This document shows, piece by piece, positions 57,395 to 64,000 of a DNA stretch of 64,000 bases (position 1 is the stretch's first letter; every line of letters starts with the position of its first letter). The DNA lies in NCBI GenBank assembly GCA_964016885.1, contig OZ024750.1, positions 10,726,001 to 10,790,000 of the forward strand. The letters run 5' to 3'. Source of the DNA: Eledone cirrhosa (Eukaryota). The position numbers were made by a program, and so were the translations under genes. The notes under the pieces are model-generated. The model worked only from the letters and a program-made list of their open reading frames with translations, ran no database searches and had not been told where the DNA came from.

Positions 57395-59585
57395 AATGCT
57401 ACCCACAGTTAAACGTTCTAACTTTGGAAATGGACCCTGAATCGACCCCTGGTAGGTATTTTACTGACTCCCAGAAATATAAAAGAAAAAAAATCTATAC
57501 CATCCAGATATGACTTCAAAGCTTGTAAAAATTATGAAATAAAACTTACTCCAGCATTCTACCATATTTTCCTATTTAACTGTATTCAGTTACATGGGAC
57601 TCTACACCTTGCCATTGTTGGATCTTCAATGAAATTACAACTTTACACCTATACTACCTGTCTTCGGTATCCTTCGCTATCCTTCATATAATAAGATATA
57701 TAATAAATAAACATGAGTAAATAGCTATTGTTAATAACTTTATATATTTCTACAGATGTAAATATTATCAATCTTTGAATATTGAACATTCCTGCCTCGT
57801 TGGTTTCTTCTCGTCTTCGCTTCCCTGAAATAAACTGCACCGAAATTTCCCCCATTTTTATATTTTATTCTTCTAAATTTCCACAATATCTGTTAGTTGC
57901 ATACACTGGTCACGTATTTATTTCAAGGCAATCAGAAAATTATATGATTAACAACGCTATTTTCCCACCGTAAGTATTCTCTCTCTCCCTCCCTCTTCTT
58001 TATTTCTCTTTCCTCTCATTCTCCCCTTCTTTCCTTTTTTCTAGACCTTCTCCAGTCGTCCCCTTCTTTGCTTCTCTTCTAAGAATAATCCTTCCATTCA
58101 CTCATTTCAAAATGTCTGTCTTTCTCTATTCCGCCTTTCTCCTATTTTTCCTCATTTAATTATTTCATTATTTGTTTCTTTCAAACATTTTTTTTCTATT
58201 CTATCGTTTTTATCTATTATATTCTTTCTTCCATTCGCTTTTAGTTTATATTCATGCTTTCTGTCGTATTCAAGTTTTACTTTTTATTTTACTATAATTT
58301 CTTTCGTTGTTTCTTTTCATTTTTCCCCCATTTGTATTTAAGTGAGATAATCTTTAGTTGTGTCTACACTTTCTGTTTAAAACCACGTATTTTAGGAATT
58401 ATATATCTCTTGTAGACGTTTTTTCCCCCTAACCTCTAGCTGAACTTCAATAAGAATTTTGCCTACGGCATGGCTTTCTAACTACACAGTGATTTTCTAT
58501 ATCAGTGAAATGCTGTAGGAACAACATCTATGATATAATTATTATTATTTCCTGTCTATATTAATTCTTTCCATTATTTCTACAATCATTCAAATAACAA
58601 GGAGTTGGGAATCAGGAATTGTCTGTTGTGAGACTTGAAACACTTTTGTAAGACACTCAAAATAGTCTCAGCAAAATTCACAGAAATTTCTGCTAACAGA
58701 AGTCGAAATGAGAACAGTTGACGATAGTTTAATTACCAGAAAAAATCAGAAAGTAGATCGAACTAGCACTCTAGTGGCACTAAATAGAAACCACCTACCT
58801 ATCAAGGGCGATAACTGAAATAAGGTATATTTGCTAAAGGTATATTTAAGGTATATTTGCTAAACCTTTAGCATTTAAAACGGCCGTATCCGGCCAGAAT
58901 TCTCGCACCTCTTTCTGTTCAAACCGGCCGTAACCAGCCGCTCATACTTATGTTAAAGTATTGTTCTCAAAATGAATAATACCAAAATCTCATGGATTCG
59001 ATATTATGTGGGATAATTATGATAGAGTAGCAATAGTATTGGTTACAACTACAGTAGACACTGCCTCTGTCCCTCTAGATCTCCATATCTCTCACTATTA
59101 AGTGAGCCTACGTGCTGGTCGCCCCGCAGCCCCGGAGGACAGAGTGATTCCACTCTGATGCAACAGAGGGACAAGGTTCACTGGATTTCTTATAAATGAT
59201 AGAGTAGATATGTTTCAATATATTCCGTTAAGAGAATATCCATCGTACAATAAAATTTAACAAGAAATAATATCAAATAAGAAATACAGTAAGCCAAGCA
59301 AATAAATATGAATTAGGTGAGGCACACATAAAATTAGGAGAATTGTATTACTTTGATAGCAGAGTTAAAATACCAAGAATTGTATATTATTAGAAATTAC
59401 AAGCGCAAGGCTCGTCGATAAAATAGCTCGCTGTAAATGTGTTTTTATTCTATCCCAGCAGTAATATTCTAGTATTGGTGGAATGAACACCAGGTGGACC
59501 ACTAGCAGAAAAATACAAACATATGTGGCAGTAGATTATAATATTTTTCTTTTTGTGGAGCAAGAGACTCTTCATTAAGACATTT

Positions 59586-59886
59586 CTCTAGGAGAAGGTC
59601 ACTCTGATATAAAACCTGCGACGTCATTTGCAGCCAATGATGTAGACCAGTTCTTCTTTTGGGGTAAATGCATTCAATGTTCAGAGAGTGGGATTGGCCC
59701 CATGCAAAGCTTTTTCTCACTTAAAAAAGCTTCAAGCTCAGGCATCGCTTGATATGTGACATTTTAATGCAATGCATGGTATTGCTGGCCATAGGCAAGT
59801 CCCTAGCTGGACTAAAAAGCCACCCATGATGCTCATGTTTAAGTATCAAGCGATTGCATTACTCGAAATCGAGTTGAAGCCATCAT
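59586..59886 (+). mobile_element. Diverged copy of the RTE-like repeat
   Basis: CTAGGAGAAGGTCACTCTGATATAAAACCTGC...GCTGGACTAAAAAGCCAC...ACTCGAAATCGAGTTG. Confidence 0.65.
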
Positions 59887-59887
59887 G

Positions 59888-59934
<47 letters not shown>

Positions 59935-60126
59935 ATGTATATATGTATATATAATATATATATATATATATATGGAAAGTTATATTTAAATTGTTGGGTT
60001 ACAACTAGTAAATATTTATAACTGATATAAAAGCACTCGACAAATATTTGGAGTATATTTACAATATTAAATAAATGGAAACTATATTTATGTCGAATCT
60101 ATTTATCTATAAAACTGTTTATATTG

Positions 60127-60192
60127 TATTTTGTCTGAGGAAGGCATAGCATATTGTTAATATGATATCCCTGAAATATATATAATGAAATA
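60127..60192 (+). ncRNA. Type I hammerhead ribozyme with minimal palindromic stem III
   Basis: TATTTTGT-CTGAGGA-AGG-C-ATA-G-CATATT-GTT-AATATG-A-TAT-C-CCT-GAAA-TATATA-TA^ATGAAATA. Stem I is 8 bp with two G-U pairs. Confidence 0.8.
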
Positions 60193-60229
60193 AATATGGT
60201 TTTATAAATATAGTTTCCATTTATTTAAT

Positions 60230-60264
<35 letters not shown>

Positions 60265-61585
60265 TTGTGTCAAGTCTTTTGCTCTTCATATATGTATATA
60301 TACTTATATATTTATATATATATATATTTATATATATATATATCTATTTATTTATTCTCCCCCGTCTGTTTGTCTGTTTCTCCCCCTTTCCCACTGCATG
60401 TATGTGTGTGTGTGCTTCTCAGTGTTCCTTTTACGGTGATACGTCCACGTGTCTACGTGTGTATGTGTGTATATGTCGGTACATATATTACATGTAGTGT
60501 TGTAGTGTTCCTGTGTATGTATACATTAGTATTTCTGAAGTAAATAAATAAAGAAATAAGTAAATAAATAAATAAATAAATAAATATAGGAAAAAATTAT
60601 AATCCCTTGCAAATGAAGTTTCTGTATGTGTGTGAATAGTCATTTGAAAATTTATGGAAAATAAATATATATGTTATTGATGGAGGAAAGTAAAAAGACG
60701 GAATAGAAAATAACAAAAAAAGAATCAAATTCGTTTATCGATTCGTATACTTGCATTGTATTAAGCAAACTTCAATATGAGGTATAGCCTGAAGATTTCA
60801 TATTTTAGTGAAAATTGTGAGAGAATGAAGAACAAAATCAACTGCTACTGGCAGATAATCGATTAGAAACCAAATGCATGTTATTAAATTGTTAGTGATA
60901 TTTTGATGTAAAATGTTTTATTTTTTTAATTTACCAGAAAATTATATATTTGCTTGTAAAACGCAAAAACAGAAAAGGAATTCTTTTGATACTCTTTTGT
61001 TTGTAAATTTAAAAGGAATGTGTGGATTTATATGCAAATTTAAGTGTATATAAGGATTTATATACGTATGCATTTACATACGATTTTTTCAAATAATTAT
61101 TTCAATGTTTTTCAACACTGTGTGAGCCACAACCAATAGAAAACACTAGAAAGCATTGAAGTGGTTAAATTTGAATCTGAAATTCTGAAAAGAATATCTA
61201 TGTAAAAAGCAATGTCTCGTGAAAACAATAAAAGTATGAATTTGTTTTTATTTTTTGTTCACATTGCATTAATATATCGCTTTATATCACGTCCGAAAAA
61301 TTTATAGATTCGAAGTTTTAGAATTTATTTCTATATAAAAATTTCAATCATTTTGGCTAATGCCCCATATATATTATATAAATATTCCGTGAATAACGTG
61401 TCTTCCATGTTGTCAACTAATAGTAACAGATTAGTCGAGACAATCTATATTTCTGGTAAAATATCACAATAACATGATTTTCAAAGATCTTTAAAGAATT
61501 TGCAGGCTTTTTACTTATATTTCAAGCATCATATTTTGTTAACCTTAACAAGAGGTGATAGTTATTGTATGTATGCATATATATA

Positions 61586-61918
61586 TGTATGTATGGTCCC
61601 GTAACTGTTGGGGGAGTCATAGGGGCACCATAGTGAAATACGGTGCTTCTAGGACATTTTAAAAGCCTAGTAAAAACCATCTCCTATCCAGTCTAAATAC
61701 ACCAGATTTCTTCTAAATAGAAGGTGTGAGAGAGAAAGCAAGAAAGAGATATAGAGGAAGAATCAAACCCAGTAATAGATTTACTTTTTTATGGACCTTG
61801 AATGGATGAAGAGCAAAGTTGACCTCCTCAGGATTTGAACTCACAGAGCAAAGAGCCGACACGAATACCGCAAAGCTTTCTACCCAAAGTTCTAACGACT
61901 CTGCCAATTTACCAGCTT
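61586..61918 (-). mobile_element. SINE A-related element with alternative long 3' tail, copy 2
   Basis: Colinear with 36830-37175 (GTATGTATGGTCC.GTAACT...CAGATTTCTTCTA...). Confidence 0.7.
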
Positions 61919-62139
61919 CTGATAATATATATTGCAGGTTAAAAAATCATGTTATGATATAATTATGCAGATCTCTCCGAGTTTACAGGTGAAACTCTAG
62001 AGTAAAAAGACTCATCATATAGTCATAATAAAGATTATATATATATAAGTATGTAAAAGGTAAACAGAAATAACAACACACTCGGTACAGTATATGGAAA
62101 GAATATATTAGTTTAACGCTTGAAATAGCAGGAAGAGTG

Positions 62140-62175
62140 TCTTAACGTTTCGGACGCTAGTCCTTCACCAGAAGA
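62140..62175 (-). ncRNA. Minimal hammerhead with one core mutation
   Basis: Minus strand reads TCTT-CTGGTGA-A-GGAC-TAGC-GTCC-GAAAC-GTT^AAGA. CUGAUGA is changed to CUGGUGA; ACGT palindromic stem III. Confidence 0.65.
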
Positions 62176-62507
62176 AAGAATGAGAAATTAAATAGATTGA
62201 AGGGACGGGCGGGGTGGAATTGGAAGAAAATGTTTTTAGAGAAAAATAACAGGTCCACTCATATGGCGGTGGGGGAGGAGTGTATTTGTAATTGTTTAGC
62301 CACAAGACTATTCTGAATATATTGTCTTATTCACAGAAATTCCACCTGTAACCACGAAACCATTCCCTCGTTTTGAAATATTGACGTTTAGGTCCTAAAA
62401 CGTCTGATTTGTATCGTTTAGAGAGTATATTTATGCAATCTTGTTGCTATTTCTAGCCTTTCAAGTGACTCCGTAATGGTTCGTTATCATAAGAAATAAT
62501 AATAATA

Positions 62508-62686
62508 ATATTGTTTCTACGTTAGGCACAAGGCCAGAAATTACCCAGTGAATTACTGGTACTTTATTTTATCGACTCCTTAAGGATGAAAGGCAAAGTT
62601 AACCTCGGCGTGATTTGAACTCAGAATGACAAGGGCCATAACTCTATGCGTCAAAACATGGCGTCCGACCCTCTACCGATACTGCA
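62508..62686 (-). mobile_element. SINE A copy
   Basis: Near-identical to the other copies; tail merges into (AAT)n. Confidence 0.9.
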
Positions 62687-62916
62687 CTACCTAATAATAA
62701 AATTACGTGAAGAAAACTTATTCCACTTGAAAATATAATTAAAGCTTAGAGAAATATCAGCTATAATAATTATATATAAACAAAATTATAGCAACACTTA
62801 TGTATTGCATGCAGCATTATACTTATTTTTATTAGCATAAATTACACACTTATTATACATCACATAAAAACATACATACAATCATGCACAAAACCCATAT
62901 ATATATATACACACAT

Positions 62917-62962
<46 letters not shown>

Positions 62963-63667
62963 CATATATATATATATGTATATATATATACATATATATA
63001 TATACATATATATACATATATATATATACATATATATACATATATATATATACATATATATATACATATATATATATACATATATATACATATATATATA
63101 TACATATATATATACATATATATATATATACATACATATATATATATATATACATACATATATATATATATACATACATATATATATATATACATACATA
63201 TATATATATATATACATACATATATCTATATATATACATACATATATATATACATACATATATATATATATATACATACATATATATATATATATACATA
63301 CATATATATATATATATACATACATATATATATATATATACATACATATATATATATATATACATACATATATATATATATACATACATATATATATATA
63401 TACATACATACATATATATATACATACATATATATATATATACATACATATATATATATATATACATACATATATATATATACATACATATATATATACA
63501 TACATATATATATATATATACATACATATATATATACATACATACATATATATATATACATACATATATATATATACATACATATATATATACATACATA
63601 CATATATATATACATACATATATATATATACATACATATATATATACATACATATATATATACATAC

Positions 63668-63722
<55 letters not shown>

Positions 63723-63729
63723 TACATAC

Positions 63730-63774
<45 letters not shown>

Positions 63775-63781
63775 TACATAC

Positions 63782-63814
<33 letters not shown>

Positions 63815-63827
63815 CATATATACATAC

Positions 63828-63862
<35 letters not shown>

Positions 63863-64000
63863 CATATATACATACATATATATATATATACATATATATA
63901 TATACACATATATACATATATACATACATATATATATATACATATATATATATACATATATACATATATACATACATATATATATATATATATACATATA

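Overview
AT-rich, microsatellite-saturated eukaryotic intergenic or intronic DNA with a 200-N assembly gap. The SINE content and (TA)n density resemble octopus/cephalopod DNA, which is an inference from recalled repeat sequences. No credible host protein-coding exon was found: the long ORFs in the track are low-complexity artefacts, and the only protein-like signal is a short frameshifted RTE-LINE C-terminus. The window holds many tRNA-derived SINEs, RTE-related repeats, a Tc1/mariner-type MITE and several minisatellites. The main finding is a dense population of type I hammerhead ribozyme (HHR) motifs from several unrelated sequence families. Seven have a complete CUGANGA/GAAA/UH core and about eight are decayed. 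They sit in short Penelope-like pseudo-LTR or retrozyme-like modules inserted in (TA)n tracts, often as fold-back palindromes. A 10-copy hairpin family carries only the GAAAC-stem III-GUC half of a hammerhead, with the CUGAUGA strand replaced by its own antisense copy. All folds were read by eye, and no activity or database match was tested.
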